Positions 24,056-37,176 are shown, counted from the stretch's first letter. The stretch is 64,000 nucleotides of DNA from Octopus sinensis (GCF_006345805.1 NC_042997.1:15748001-15812000); one strand, 5' to 3'. Notes: generated by a model from the letters alone, not told the origin. Translations and numbers: made by a program.

Positions 24056-24462
24056 TATTGACGAATACTTAACCAGAACAGGCCAAAGCCGAAATTCACC
24101 AACGTGTCTCATTTAAACAATGTTTTCTTCGCTGAATAAAAAAAACTTGCTACTGTTGTCTTTTAGCCTCAGGCCATTCCTGAATGAGAATACATTGACG
24201 TTCCAGCTGTGACCAACCGGTCGTTTTTCTTTTTCTTCGAAGCATTTACACATAACTCAACCTACAAAGTTCAATGTCTCGTTGCTCTTTTTTTAAGACA
24301 GCGTGTAGTCTGATCCACGTTTGACTGTTATTTCTAACAGGTCGGTTTGCCATGCAGGTTTATTTCATCCGCTCGTTAGATAATAATTGATTCCCCCACC
24401 CTCTCTCTCCTCTCTCCCTCTCTCTCTCTGCCTCTTTCTGTGTGTATATCTTAGAATTCATT

Positions 24463-24857
24463 GTGGAGGCGCAATGGCCCAGTGGTTAGGGCCCCCCCCA
24501 GGAAACGGACTCGCGGTCGTAGGATCGCGGTTTCGATTCCCAGACCGGGCGTTGTGAGTGTTTATTGAGCGAAAACACCTAAAAGCTTCACGAGGCACCG
24601 GCAGTGGATGGTGGTGATCCCTGCTGTACTCTTTCACCACAACTTTCTCTCACTCTTACTTCCTGTTTCTGTTGTACCTGTATTTCAAAGGGCCGGCCTT
24701 GTCGTTCTCTGTGTCACGCTGAATATCCCCGAGAACTACGTTAAGGGTGCACGTGTCTGTGGAGTGCTCAGCCACTTACACGTTAATTTCACGAGCAGGC
24801 TGTTCCGTTGGTTCGGATCAATCGGAACCCTCGTCGTCGTAACCGACGGAGTGCTTC
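24463..24857 (+). mobile_element. SINE-C (copy 1 of local tandem duplication)
   Basis: Preceded by flank X (24248-24462). Confidence 0.9.
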
Positions 24858-25025
24858 ACACATAACTCAACCTACAAAGTTCAATGTCTCGTTGCTCTTT
24901 TTTTAAGACAGCGTGTAGTCTGATCCACGTTTGACTGTTATTTCTAACAGGTCGGTTTGCCATGCAGCTTTATTTCATCGGTTCGTTAGATAATAAATTG
25001 ATTCCCCACCACCTCTCTCTGTCTC

Positions 25026-25066
<41 letters not shown>

Positions 25067-25088
25067 TGTGTATATGTTAGAATTCATT

Positions 25089-25477
25089 GTGGAGGCGCAA
25101 TGGCCCAGTGGTTACGGCAGCGGACTCGCGGTCGTAGGATCGCGGTTTCGATTCCCAGACCGGGTTTTGTGAGTGTTTATTGAGCGAAAACGCCTAAAGC
25201 TCCACGAGGCACCGGCAGGGGATGGTGGTGATCCCTGCTGTACTTTTTCACCACAACTTTCTCTCACTCTTACTTCCTGTTTCTGTTGTACCTGTATTTC
25301 AAAGGGCCGGCCTTGTCACTCTCTGTGTCACGCTGAATATCCCCGAGAACTACGTTAAGGGTACACGTGTCTGTGGAATTCTCAGCCACTTACTCGTTAA
25401 TTTCACGAGCAGGCTGTTCCGTTGATTCGGATCAACCGGAACCCTCGTCGTCGTAACCGACGGAGTGCTTCCATCCA
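25089..25477 (+). mobile_element. SINE-C (copy 2) with 13-bp TSD
   Basis: TSD TAGAATTCATTGT at 25078-25090 and 25478-25490; preceded by a second copy of flank X (24858-25085). Confidence 0.92.
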
Positions 25478-25865
25478 TAGAATTCATTGTTTTTATTGTA
25501 TACGATCAATAAATCAGTTGAAGCTTTCTTTCTTTTCTTTACTGGGTTTGATGTGTGCGAGGACGGTCGTGACTCGTATGCGGATCGGGGGTGAATACGT
25601 CCTGTTTGACGTGGAAAAGCCAACTGTTTGTATGGCAATATTCGCCATGTAAAATATGTATAACTTACACCAGAGGAAATTAAGTATCAAAATATTATCG
25701 TTTTTATTTTTATAATAATAAAACAAGAATCTTAAGAAAGTTTTGATGGCCTGTTTCAAGAGATCCCACTTCCATCACGCGTTATTTGACCTGCTTCAAA
25801 TAATGAGCAAATCTTTTTCAAATCAAAATTCCAGTAGCTTCAAAAAGGAGAACCCATTGGATAAT

Positions 25866-26101
25866 TATTTCTTTATTATCCACAGGGGGCTAAACATAGA
25901 GGGGACGAACAAGGACAGACAACGGGATTAGTCGATTACATCGGATCCAGTGATTAACTGGTACTTATTTAATCGACCCCCGAAAGGATGAAAGGCAAAG
26001 TCGACCTCGGCGGAATTTGAACTCAGAACGTAACGGAAGACGAAATTCGCTAGGTATTTCGCTCGGAGTGCTAGCTCGCCCGGCGTGCCAGCTCGCCGCC
26101 T
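25866..26101 (-). mobile_element. SINE-B (tail 1) with 15-bp TSD
   Basis: TSD AACCCATTGGATAAT at 25851-25865 and 26103-26117. Confidence 0.92.
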
Positions 26102-26661
26102 TAACCCATTGGATAATGTAGCCCTTGACACTTCGTGTCTGTGAAGAAAAAAAAAAGCCGAGAGGGTCGTAACTGTACTGCTTTTAATCATAGGTTTACA
26201 TCAGGGTTTCCCAACTTTTTCGCTCCATTTGCACCCTGGCAACTTTTTGAAAGTAAATTTACACACCGTTTGTGTTTTATTCAGTAATTTCTGTTTTGGT
26301 GACATAAACACTAAAGGTGCTTTGCCCCACACAGAAACTACAAGAGTTACTTTCCGATAGTGACTAATGCTAACACGATGTTGGAAACCTCTCCGTATTT
26401 TCAGTAGGTACCTCAGAATCACAAGCGTTTCCCTTAGTCTGTGCGCTTTGTCTGAATGGAGCAGAGAGGACTGATATAGCCCTCTTCAGAAGAAGATTAC
26501 CATCTATGATCTCATAACAAAACAACTAACAAAGTAGAAATTTAAATACTGTCCCTTAGACATTATTTCAAATTCAAATTACATTCACAGTAAAAAAAAA
26601 AATACCCCATAACAGTGATATTGCCTTTTTTATGAAGTAATGACGAACAGTCATTGTGATA

Positions 26662-27115
26662 GGCGCAGGAGTGGCTGTGTGGTAAGTAGCTTGCTAACCA
26701 ATCACATGGTTCCGGGTTCAGTCCCACTGCGTGGCATCTTGGGCAAGTGTCTTCTGCTATAGCCTCGGGCCGACCAAAGCCTTGTGAGTGGATTTGGTAG
26801 ACGGAAACTGAAAGAAGCCCGTCGTATATATGTATATATGTATATATATATATATATATTATATATATATATATAATATATATATATATAATATATATGC
26901 GTGTGTGTGTTTGTGTGTCTGTGTTTGTCCCCCTAGCATTGCTTGACAACCGATACTGGTGTGTTTACGTCCCCGTTACTTAGCGGTTCGGCAAAAGAGA
27001 CCGATAGAATAAGTACTGGGCTTACAAAAGAATAAGTCCCGGAGTCGAGTTGCTCGATTAAAAAGGCGGTGCTCCAGCATGGCGGCAGTCAAATGACTGA
27101 AACAAGTAAAAGAGA
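26662..27115 (+). mobile_element. SINE-A, full length
   Basis: Head, CORE-like segment, (TA)n, tail. Confidence 0.9.
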
Positions 27116-27483
27116 GAGAGTCACTATTAGTAACACATTAACTAAGAAATATATAAAACAGCTAGTCCAAACTGAAAGAAAAGCAAGCAGCTATTTTCTC
27201 CAAATGATCTACATCAGTTATTCTTTTCTTGAAAGAAAAATATGTACCAATCCAGAATCATCAAGTTTAACCTCCGGGTAAGTGGGCGAACTTCATCCCC
27301 TGGGGAGTAATCTACTCCAGTTTAGGTACACCTCGTCTGCAGAATCAGGCATAAACTGGGACTAGATGAAAACAGCAGCAACAACAGTAATTGAACGTAT
27401 ATTCTACAGATATACAATATTATTCGGTTGATATATCATGGTACATTCGTTTGCCGTGTCTATAACAAACATGTATATTTAAT

Positions 27484-28065
27484 GCGGCGAGCTGGCAGAA
27501 ACGTTAGCACGCCGGGCGAAATGCGTAGCCATATTTCGTCTGCCGTTACGTTGTGAGTTCAAATTCCGCCGAGGTCGACTTTGCCTTTCATCCTTTCGGG
27601 GTCGATAAATTAAGTACCAGTTACGCACTGGGGTCGATGTAATCGACTTAATACCTATGTCTGTCCTTGTTTGTCCCCTCTGTGTTTAGCCCCTTGTGGG
27701 TAATAAAGAAATAGGTATTGCGTCTGTCTTTACGTTCAGAGTTCAAATTCCGCCGAGGTCGACTTTGCCTTTCATCCTTTCGGGGTCGATAAATTAAGTA
27801 CCAGTTACGCACTGGGGTCGATGTAATCGACTTAATACCTATGTCTGTCCTTGTTTGTCCCCTCTGTGTTTAGCCCCTTGTGGGTAATAAAGAAATAGGT
27901 ATTGCGTCTGTCTTTACGTTCAGAGTTCAAATTCCGCCGAGGACGACTTTGCCTTTCATCCTTTCGGGGTCGATAAATTAAGTACCAGTTGCGCGCTGGA
28001 GTCGATCTAATCAACTGGCCCCCTCCCCGAAAATTTCGGGCCTTGTGCCTATAGTAGAAAAGAAT
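27484..28065 (+). mobile_element. SINE-B trimer (184-bp period), ending in tail 2
   Basis: GGTATTGCGTCTG junctions at 27714 and 27898. Confidence 0.9.
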
Positions 28066-28150
28066 ATTTGTAAAATTAGCCTATATGTAATAGAGAAAGC
28101 TGTATTTTGACGTTTCTGAGAGCTCTTCTAAAAGAGTAGCGTGTTGATGC

Positions 28151-28405
28151 TTTTTATTTATTTTTATTTTATCTAGTTTCAGCTCACGAGCTGTGGCCAT
28201 GCTGGGGCACCGCCATTTGGTGTTGCTACATGATTTTACTTCACGAATGCTTTTTAGCAACTGCCATTTGGTGCATGAGAGAGTTCGATGCAGCTGCCCT
28301 CATCTGCATCTCCTGCCGTGAAGTTGGTTCATCCGGGACACCCGACAGGAAGAGATCCAGTCCTACTTTAAAGACATCCGCATCCACCCCATGCATATGC
28401 ATAAA
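28151..28405 (-). mobile_element. CR1/L2-group LINE 3' end sharing its tail with SINE-A
   Basis: Minus strand GVDADVFKVGLDLFLSGVPDEPTSRQEMQMRAAASNSLMHQ, then GGCGGTGCCCCAGCATGGCCACAGCTCGTGAGCTGAAAC and an (ATAAA)n tail. Confidence 0.8.
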
Positions 28406-28956
28406 ATTGAAAAATTATTGAATTTAAACAGTCTGACAGAATGTTTTTTAGGTATGTTACTGTTGACAAACATACTATATGAGAAAATTTAAAATTAAAC
28501 TAAAAATAGGCATCCAGTAAAAAAAAAAAAAAAAGGAAAACATAAAGCTCAGTGACTATTTTTTTTTTATTTTTTCGGCAAGTAAGAAGGACAACTCCGG
28601 AATGTTTACATTTTTTGTTGAACTCATCAGCGAAGTATATGCCTCAGTATATTTGCTATAATTTATGTGAATCAAATCACTAATTGAATGTGTAATATTA
28701 TACATTTGTTATTTAGAAAGCAAAATATTTCAGTGGCGCCATTTGCAATGAACACAATAGCTAAGTTAGTATTAACATATTCAGTACATGGAATAGATTA
28801 AATACTGTAAAAAGCTAATCAGAAATAAGCATTTTGTGGGTTAATAAAGAATAATATCCATGATTAATACTATTTTTGTTTTAGCTAGCTAGGACGAGAT
28901 AAATCATTGGACATGTTTCGGTCTTATGACTGTCTTTTCAGTGTATATCGTTCATA

Positions 28957-29337
28957 ACTCTTTACTCTTTTACTTGTTTCAGTCATTTGACTGCGGCCAT
29001 GCTGGAGCACCGCCTTTAATCGAGCAACTTGACCCTGGGACTTATTCTTTTGTAAACTCAGTACTTATTCTATCTGTGTCTGTTGCCGAACCGCTAAGTA
29101 ACGGGGACATAAACACACCAGCATCGGTTGTCAAGCAATGCTAGGGGGACAAATACAGACACACAAACACACACACGCATATATATACATATATATATAT
29201 ATATATACATATATACATATATACGACGGGCTTCTTTCAGTTTCCGTCTACCAAATCCACTCACAAGGCTTTGGTCGGCCCTGGGCTATAGTAGAAGACA
29301 CTTGCTCAAGGTACCACGCAGTGGGACTGAACCCGGA
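28957..29337 (-). mobile_element. SINE-A, 5' truncated
   Basis: Reverse complement of SINE-A lacking most of the tRNA head. Confidence 0.88.
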
Positions 29338-29652
29338 AAATCCGGATAAAGACGCTGAAACAATGATCTTTGCAAGTGTTGATGAAATTGATGCTATAAT
29401 TTCTTTCCGACAACATCAGGGATGATATTCTGTAAATCAGAAAACGTTGATCACTATATGAGTGACGGAGGGGAGAAAGGATGAGTAGAGTGTGCCTGTT
29501 TAGAGGTGATACGTGACCACCCTACTTTCAGAATCAGAGGCCTTTATAGTAGCGGTAGAAAAAGCAAAGAGAAGACACAGCACACCTGTGTTTCACTGGC
29601 TACAGCAATCAGTCAAAGTTCCTTCTTTAGAAGCAGTTCTAAGATATCAGAA

Positions 29653-29897
29653 CTACCTGCGACGATTTCATCTCAGTCGAAGGAGAGGAGCTTTCTCCGT
29701 CCGGGTTGCGGATCCGTGGAACAAGCTGCCAGACGAGATGGTGAAGATGCCGACGACCGCTTTGTTCAAAGCCTCCCTTGACCTCAAGTGGCCTGAACTC
29801 TTTACATGAACACCACCCTGTACTTAACTCCATGTCCCCCTACATGGCCTTGCTATTTGCTTTTGAGCCAAATTAACTAACTAACTAACTAACTAAC
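29653..29897 (+). mobile_element. CR1-clade LINE 3' end with (CTAA)n tail
   Basis: YLRRFHLSRRRGAFSVRVADPWNKLPDEMVKMPTTALFKASLDLKWPELFT*; same family as 216-575. Confidence 0.85.
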
Positions 29898-30102
29898 ATC
29901 AGCGTGTGTAGACGCAACACCTTTCGAAATTGGGAGCAGTACATGATTTTGGGTCTTACTTAATGTAGTACCGTGGAGCGTCTGAGATGTGACTTTGTTG
30001 AGAGTTGTGGGGGAAAAAAAATCCTATTCAAATGATCTGAATGAGCTTATGTGTAAGTACAAGCGTGCGTGTGTGGTTGCGTGCGTGCATACATGTGTGC
30101 GT

Positions 30103-30136
<34 letters not shown>

Positions 30137-30189
30137 ACACGCGCGCGTGAGTGCATATAATATATATAATATATATATATAAATGTCTA

Positions 30190-30372
30190 TATGTGTATGT
30201 ATGTATGTATGTATGTATGTATGTATGTATGTATGTATGTATGTATGTATGTATGTATGTATGTGTGTATGTATGTATATTGTGTATGTATGTATGTATG
30301 TATGTATGTATGTATGTGTGTATCTATGTATGTGTGTGTGTATATATGCATGTATGTATGTATATATGTATG

Positions 30373-30404
<32 letters not shown>

Positions 30405-30930
30405 CATGTATGTACACTTGCGTCAGAAATAATTAGCACTTCTCAATTTCTACATTAATAGGTTAAATCAATTAACCTATGAGCTGTTCAAAACGTCTAC
30501 GCGATGAGAAAACTTAGTATGGTGTGATTTCGGTCCTTGCGAGGCGCTACCTACATCTATTAAACAAAGGAAGTTTGTCTGCATCCGCACTCCAAGTTGT
30601 TGTTGCACTGCTATGTCACATCATAAGGCTGTAGACTCTCAAACTGCTCTGCAACAAAGTTACGTCATCGTTCTGCGCAACAGTGAACTGCAACAAAGCA
30701 ATAGTTCGAGATATGGCCACTGGTGACAGCACATACCTTGAGTGAAGAGCAATCAAGGTGCTAATTAATTTCTGACGGTAGGTATGTATGTATGCATGTA
30801 TGTATGATGTATGTTATGTATCTATGTAGGTATGTGTGTATGTATGCATGCATGTATGTATGCATGCATGTATGTATGTATGTATGTATGTATGTATGTA
30901 TGTATGCATGTATGTATGTATGCATGTATG

Positions 30931-30962
<32 letters not shown>

Positions 30963-31192
30963 CATGTATGTATGTATGTATGTGTGTATCTATGTATGTA
31001 TGTGTGTGTATGTATACATGTATGTATGTATGTATGTATGTATGTGTGTATGTATGTATGTATGCATGCATGTATGTATGTATGTATGTATGTATGTGTG
31101 TATGTATGTATGTATGTATGTATGTATGTGTGTATGTATGTATGTATGTATGTATGTGTGTATGTATGTATGCATGTATGTATGCATGTATG

Positions 31193-31226
<34 letters not shown>

Positions 31227-31495
31227 TGCATGTATGTATGTATGTATGTATGTATCTATGTATGTATGTGTGTGTGTATGTATACATGTATGTATGTATG
31301 TATGTATGTATGTATGTATGTGTGTATGTATGTATGTATGTATGTATGTATGTGTGTATGTATGTATGTATGTATGTATATATGTATGTATGTATGTATG
31401 TATCTATGTATGTATGTATGTGTGTATGTATGTATGTATGTATGTATGTATGTATGTATGTATGTATGTATGTATGTATGTGTGTATGTATGTAA
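30190..31495. repeat. Large (TATG)n array interrupted by a MITE
   Basis: Direct reading; source of the MYVC/HTYI ORFs. Confidence 0.95.
30415..30783. mobile_element. Tc1/mariner-type MITE inside (TATG)n
   Basis: TA|CACTTGCGTCAGAAATAATTAGCAC left and GTGCTAATTAATTTCTGACGGTAG right are imperfect inverted repeats. Confidence 0.65.
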
Positions 31496-33113
31496 TAGGG
31501 AACAGGTTTCCTTTGATACGTATTTAAAATATGAGTTTTTATATATTTTTTTATTAATACGCATTTTTTGTTATTTTACAATCTTTTTCAGCAATAAAAT
31601 TCATAAATCTATCATCAACATTTATAAATACCTAAAAAAAAAAAAATCGTTGATGAGGCATTTAAGAACTTTACTGATCTGAACAAACTACAGAGAATTC
31701 ATATGGGGGGTGGGGAATAAAAAAAAGAAGAAGAAAAAACTTCTATAGAACAAAAATAAAAGTAGAACTCGTGTTTCCAATACAACACACACTCGCGACT
31801 CGCACGCACATGCACACACATACACACACACACACGCACACATAGACATACACACACAAATGTACGCGCGCACACACATAAAAGCGTGTGTGTGTGTGTG
31901 TGCGTTTGTGAGCCTTTCCTTACAAATCTGTGGTCTAGTGCAAATCAATAGAAAAATATATATATATATATACATTCAATGACCTTCAGTTTATCAAGTT
32001 GATAGCCGAGAGAAAGAACTGATAGAGGTATCACGTGTATGATGAGTGTATATGTAAGAATCCGTAAGTGTAAGAATGTGCTTGTGTGTTTTTCACCGTC
32101 GTCTATGATAGTGTATTTATGTAGACTTAAATGTGGCGGCGTGTTTGCTTATACTTGGTGGAGATTTGTCAATATTTGTACATTTCTGTAGCTTTAAAAG
32201 TATGTCTGTATACGTGTATAGATGTGTGTTGCATTCTGCGTGTGTGTGTGTGTGAATTGTCAATATTTGTCCGGGATTTTTTTTTTTTTGTAGTTTTGAA
32301 AGTATGTATGCGTATAAAATTATTAAAAAATGTTAATGATTCTGTAACTATGTGATATATATATTCCATTTGCTGCCATAGGTATGAGGCATCCTGCATA
32401 CATACAAATATGTACGCCATATATGCTTTTTTGTATGTATAATTGAGAATATTGCAGATCTTATATTTGTATACGTAGCAGCAAATATATACACGTATAA
32501 GCGTGAATATAAGTGTCTGTGATAGAAAGGAAGGCAAATTACTATAAAATTATATTATGAAAACGGCGACTTTCTATTAAGATAGCGACTTTTGATTAAA
32601 ACTCGTTAGTAACTTGGAGTGTTGAGTCCGATCTTACTTGAGGACGTTGAGAAATGAGTCCATTACAGTAAGACTGAGGTTATAAGTATAAACTGTGTTA
32701 CGGCTTGCGTGTGCAGTGTCATCCGTTTCCAGGGGGAGTATCAAACTTTACGGAACAATTCGAGTGAGAATAAGGAAGAAGGCAGAGATAGAGAAAGAGA
32801 GGGAAAGGGAATCATGTCTTCCAGGGAGGAACAAACTGTAGTGAAAAAATTTCAGAAACGGTCGACACTTTATCTTGCAAGTCATTCAATAATCTATCGA
32901 CTACGCCAGCTGGAATTGCGGTTGACACACTGTGCATGTTCTACATAGATGTAATCAGAAAGCAAGTAGAATGTTACTAAATCATTCGAATAGAAAGACA
33001 AAAAAAACAAAACAAAAACATCAAATATCAGAAGTCAATTGACTTTATCACTTCACACGTCTTCAGTTCTAGAATTTGATGCATTTGTTAATTATTGCAA
33101 ATTTTATGGTATA

Positions 33114-33497
33114 CTAGCAGTATCACCCGGCGTTGCTCGGGTTTGTAAGGGAAATAACTATATAAGCATTTTTAGAGATGTAAAGTATAATAGCCATCTC
33201 AATATGGCTAACCACAAGGGGGGGGGGTTACTGTAGCTTTTTACGTTCTGAGATTTAATAATAAATTTTTAGAGAGTTACTTCCCTTATATAATAGCAAA
33301 AAAAATGGGAAAAAATGATGGTAATTTTTTTTAAATCGTAGACTCATCGTAGACGCGCGCTAATACCCAGAAGGGCTCGATATGAATCACGACTATAAGA
33401 TACCCGCTTTTGGTTAAACTGCACCGCAAAATGTGGGAGTAGTTAGGAATCTAAATCGTAGGAGACAGACACACAACTTCACTTTTATATATAAAGA
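33114..33497 (-). mobile_element. Non-autonomous Helitron
   Basis: Minus strand A|TCTTTATATATAAAAG ... CCCGAGCAACGCCGGG hairpin ... CTGCTAG|T; no TSD. Confidence 0.85.
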
Positions 33498-33778
33498 TTA
33501 TGAAGTTGAAAAACTTTAAAATGGGAAAATTGCGCATAGAAATATGGAATCAAACATTACGCAAATTTTCCAAATAAGACAATAAGCCAACTAAGGGGAA
33601 AAAATCAGTGCCTACATTCCCAAGGGAGTCAAAAGCTATTATCGTAGCGTCCAAAACAAATATAATGTCACCCACGTGTAAGTAAGTATAAGGCAAGCCT
33701 CACAATGAACGAAACGTGCCACAATGTGTGACAAGGACGGACTTGTTAGCCCGTGCAGTGAAAAGGAAACGCACTTAC

Positions 33779-33832
33779 CGGAACGGCTCACAGGATGGCT
33801 CAACATGACTCGCCACACTCATTTGAATACCA
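33779..33832 (-). other. Candidate 54-nt internal micro-exon
   Basis: Acceptor TTGTCGTTTCTTATCAG, donor CG|GTAAGT; the single open frame gives GIQMSVASHVEPSCEPF; lies in non-repetitive DNA. Confidence 0.4.
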
Positions 33833-34031
33833 CTGATAAGAAACGACAATGGCTATTTCCAGACAAGTGATGCAACTTCACTTAATCTAGAATAATAATG
33901 AACTTAAACACTCCGATACGGTTTTGCTCTGATAACACATTAACCAAAATAGCTTTTAATATCTGATACCTCGAATATGATTTATAATAATAATTATTGT
34001 TGTTTTTGTTGTTGTTGTTGTTGTTTTGGAA

Positions 34032-34255
34032 GGCGGCGAGCAGGCAGGATCGTTAGCATGCCGGGCGAAATGTTTAGCGGCATTTCGCCCTTCTTTACGT
34101 CCTGAGTTCAAATTCTGCCGAGGTCGGTCGACTTTGCCTTCCGCTTTTTCGTTGTCGATAAATTAAGTACCAGTGAAACACTTGGGGTCGATGTTATCAA
34201 CTTGTCCCTCCCCCACAAAATCCAGACCTTGTGCCTATAGCAGAAAGGATAATTA
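34032..34255 (+). mobile_element. SINE-B (tail 2)
   Basis: Head, core and tail 2. Confidence 0.85.
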
Positions 34256-34673
34256 TTTTTTTCTTTCTTACTATCTTCAAATTTTCTTCCGTTTCTCGCC
34301 GAGTGTTTTCCGTACACCGAGGGCAGAGAAGCTCATTGTATGCATTCCCAGATTACACACGCAAATTCACAGGTAAAATATGTATTTAAAAAATTGATAA
34401 ATAAATAAATTCATGAATGGATGTTGTTTTCACAGCGATAATGCTCTTCTCAGTACATGAGCCGTTCCAGTTAACACGATTTTTTGTACTTCCTGTAGGG
34501 ATGGTTAGCCTGGTATCATTTTCAAATAGGTTTCAGTAGCTTTTTTTTATCATTCCTAGAGATCCTACAATCACTGGTACTGTAGTCGCCTTGAGATACC
34601 ACATTTTTCCAATTTCTATTAGCAAGTCTTTATATTTACTGATCTTGTCAAATTCTTTCGCCGCTATATTGTT
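34255..34673 (-). mobile_element. R4/Dong-like LINE 3' fragment (family of 45821-46858)
   Basis: NNIAAKEFDKISKYKDLLIEIGKMWYLKATTVPVIVGSLGMIKK; 3' UTR motif matches 46795-46845. Confidence 0.82.
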
Positions 34674-34682
34674 ATAATAATA

Positions 34683-34740
<58 letters not shown>

Positions 34741-35086
34741 TTCACATCTCTGAACTCTTGATTTCACTTGCTCCAGCTAATACTGTGAAAGTGGACAACA
34801 GCCGGTTGTCAAGGATCTCAAAGGGTCTTTCTATAATATTTAACATCCAAATGCCAATCTCAAAATCATCGCTGTACCCCAATAAAGCGATTTTCTAAGT
34901 ATAACTATCTTCATGTCAATCCCAATTTCTCCAACAATTTTCTCAAACCTGGATGTTAATGCTCCCTCCTAGAACCCCTACAACCACTGGGATGACAATT
35001 ACTTTCTTCATTGCCCACATTTGTGTAATCTCGTCTTTTTGTGACGTGTACTTCTCAATACTTTCCACTTCTTTATCATTCACTCC
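34741..35086 (-). mobile_element. Second R4-like family 3' fragment (left arm of inverted duplication)
   Basis: Reverse complement of 39272-39915 minus the SINE insertion. Confidence 0.75.
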
Positions 35087-36391
35087 CGGCAGAATCGTTA
35101 AGCACATCGAGCAAAGTGCTTAGCAGTATTTCGTCCCGGTTTTACGTTCTGAGTTCAAATACTACCGAGGTCGATTTGCCTATGATCCTTCCGAGGTCGA
35201 TAAAATAAGAACCAGTTAGGACGTAATCGATAAGCATCCAACCCACAAATTTCAGGCCTTATACCTTTGGTCGAAAAAAAAAAAACATTACCATTAATTC
35301 ATATCTTAGTAAAACTTAAATAACTTTACGAATTAAAATTGAATTGTAGGAACAGTCCACTGGGAGAGTATATTTAATTTGAAACATTCATCACGCACAT
35401 ATGATAATTAGCACCGATAATCAGCTATTTTTAATTATTAAACATAGCCTTACATAATCTAGAACACGGTTTATTTTGGACTGAGCACTCCGAAATAATT
35501 TTGCTCTGATGACACACTAACCAAATTAGCTTAAATTTCTGATATGTAGGATGCTATTTTAAACTGAACTACGCTAGTTGAGGTTAATGTGTCTTATTTT
35601 ACGACTGAGAGGTGTGACTTGAGGAAAGTTTGGATAGTATTTATAACACGACGAGCGCTCATACAGAGAGCTCTTACATTGGCTCATAGTAGTTAGTTTT
35701 GGTAATCATTGGTGTAGTTTGGTAATCACTGTCGCCGCTATCGTCGTGGTCGTGGATGTCGTCGATATGACAGCCGTCGGGGTCGTCATCATAGTTGTCA
35801 TCGTGGTTCGTTGTCGTGGTCACCGTCGTGGCCGCGTTGTGTCATGTGGTCGTTGTTGTAGTAGCCGTAGTCGCCGCCATGGTTCCGTCGCTGTCGTTGT
35901 CTTTGTCAACGCCCTCGCTGTTGTTAATGTCATGCAAGTAGGGTCAACTGGGCTTGCCCCAGTTGCGTACTGAGCGCCGAAACTGTTCTGCACGCTCTAG
36001 ATCAATGCCCGAGTATAACTGACGTTTGAGTCTGTGATGAGCACCTACTGTCTCGTGTACGACGGTTCCTGCTATCAACTGAATCCATTGTGAAGATCGT
36101 CCCGCCACCTTACATTGGCTGGGAAGGGTGGGCAGTGATTCTTTGTCTGGTAGCCTTAGCGAAAGAGGTTTTTAATTATTAAACTGTCTCATCACTAATC
36201 TTGAGAAATTAAGGTTTTCAAAACCAGAAAGGAGAAAGTTGGTCAGAAGATTACAGATACAAACCATTTATGAAACTGACACAATATGTAAAATTTTCCA
36301 AAAGTTTAACATATAAGTACATGTATACATGTCTAGATATTCGACTATAGGCACGAGTATACATGCATAAAAGGAAAGATAGCGATCTGCA

Positions 36392-36765
36392 TCTCTATAT
36401 ATATAAACGGCAGTTTGTCTGTGTGTGTTTCTGTGTGTCTGTTAGGTTGTACCCTCACCCTGACCACGGCTTTCAACCGATTCTGATGAAACTTGACACA
36501 CACACATAGCCCAATGTCATAATTCAAAACTAACCCAGCGAAAATTTTAAAAAGTTCCCCCAGTTCTGAAAAAAATCGATAAATTCGACATGGGGTCGAG
36601 AATCAGAAACACAAACCACAGACTGTCTAGGGGACGCAACTCGACCTTTTTAACTAAAAAAAAATTTACCATCATTTTTTTTTCCATTTTTTGGCTATAA
36701 CTCTCTAAAAATTCTTTATAGTTATTTCCCTTACAAACCCGAGCAACGCCGGGCGATACTGCTAG
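36392..36765 (+). mobile_element. Non-autonomous Helitron flanked by a 32-bp direct repeat
   Basis: A|TCTCTATATATATAAACGG ... CCCGAGCAACGCCGGG ... CTGCTAG|T; flanks 36360-36391 and 36766-36797 differ at one base. Confidence 0.88.
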
Positions 36766-37176
36766 TACATGCATAAAAGGAAAGACAGCGATCTGCATGT
36801 ATACATATATATACAAACATACACAAATATCCGGTTAATGTTATTGAAATTCAAACAGAGGAGCCTTAAATCGAGGTTAAAAACTGACTCTTTCTCCGCT
36901 CGGATGACAACGAATCTAGAAATAAAACTAAATATCATACATATATATAAAAATACGTAAATCCTACCTAACTACATAATGTTCGATGTTATGTAATGAA
37001 AATCAATTTGTACCGAAATTCAGAAAAACTATAGTTATCCGATAATTCACGAGACAGATAATACACCATTGTTATCTGTATAAATGTATACACCCACTTA
37101 AGACACATCTGGTACCTATGACATCCGTTATATAACCATATTTAATCAATCACTTACGAATTACTTCATAGTTATC

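Noticed and set aside
26213-26400. hAT-like end CAGGGTTTCCCAACTTTT
   Set aside because: No matching second TIR or TSD found.
30047-31682. Long ORFs of 100-296 aa (MYVC/HTYI repeats)
   Set aside because: Translations of the (TATG)n microsatellite; no coding complexity.
35944-35965. Hairpin CAACTGGG-CTTGC-CCCAGTTG
   Set aside because: An isolated 8-bp stem with no supporting element ends; expected by chance.
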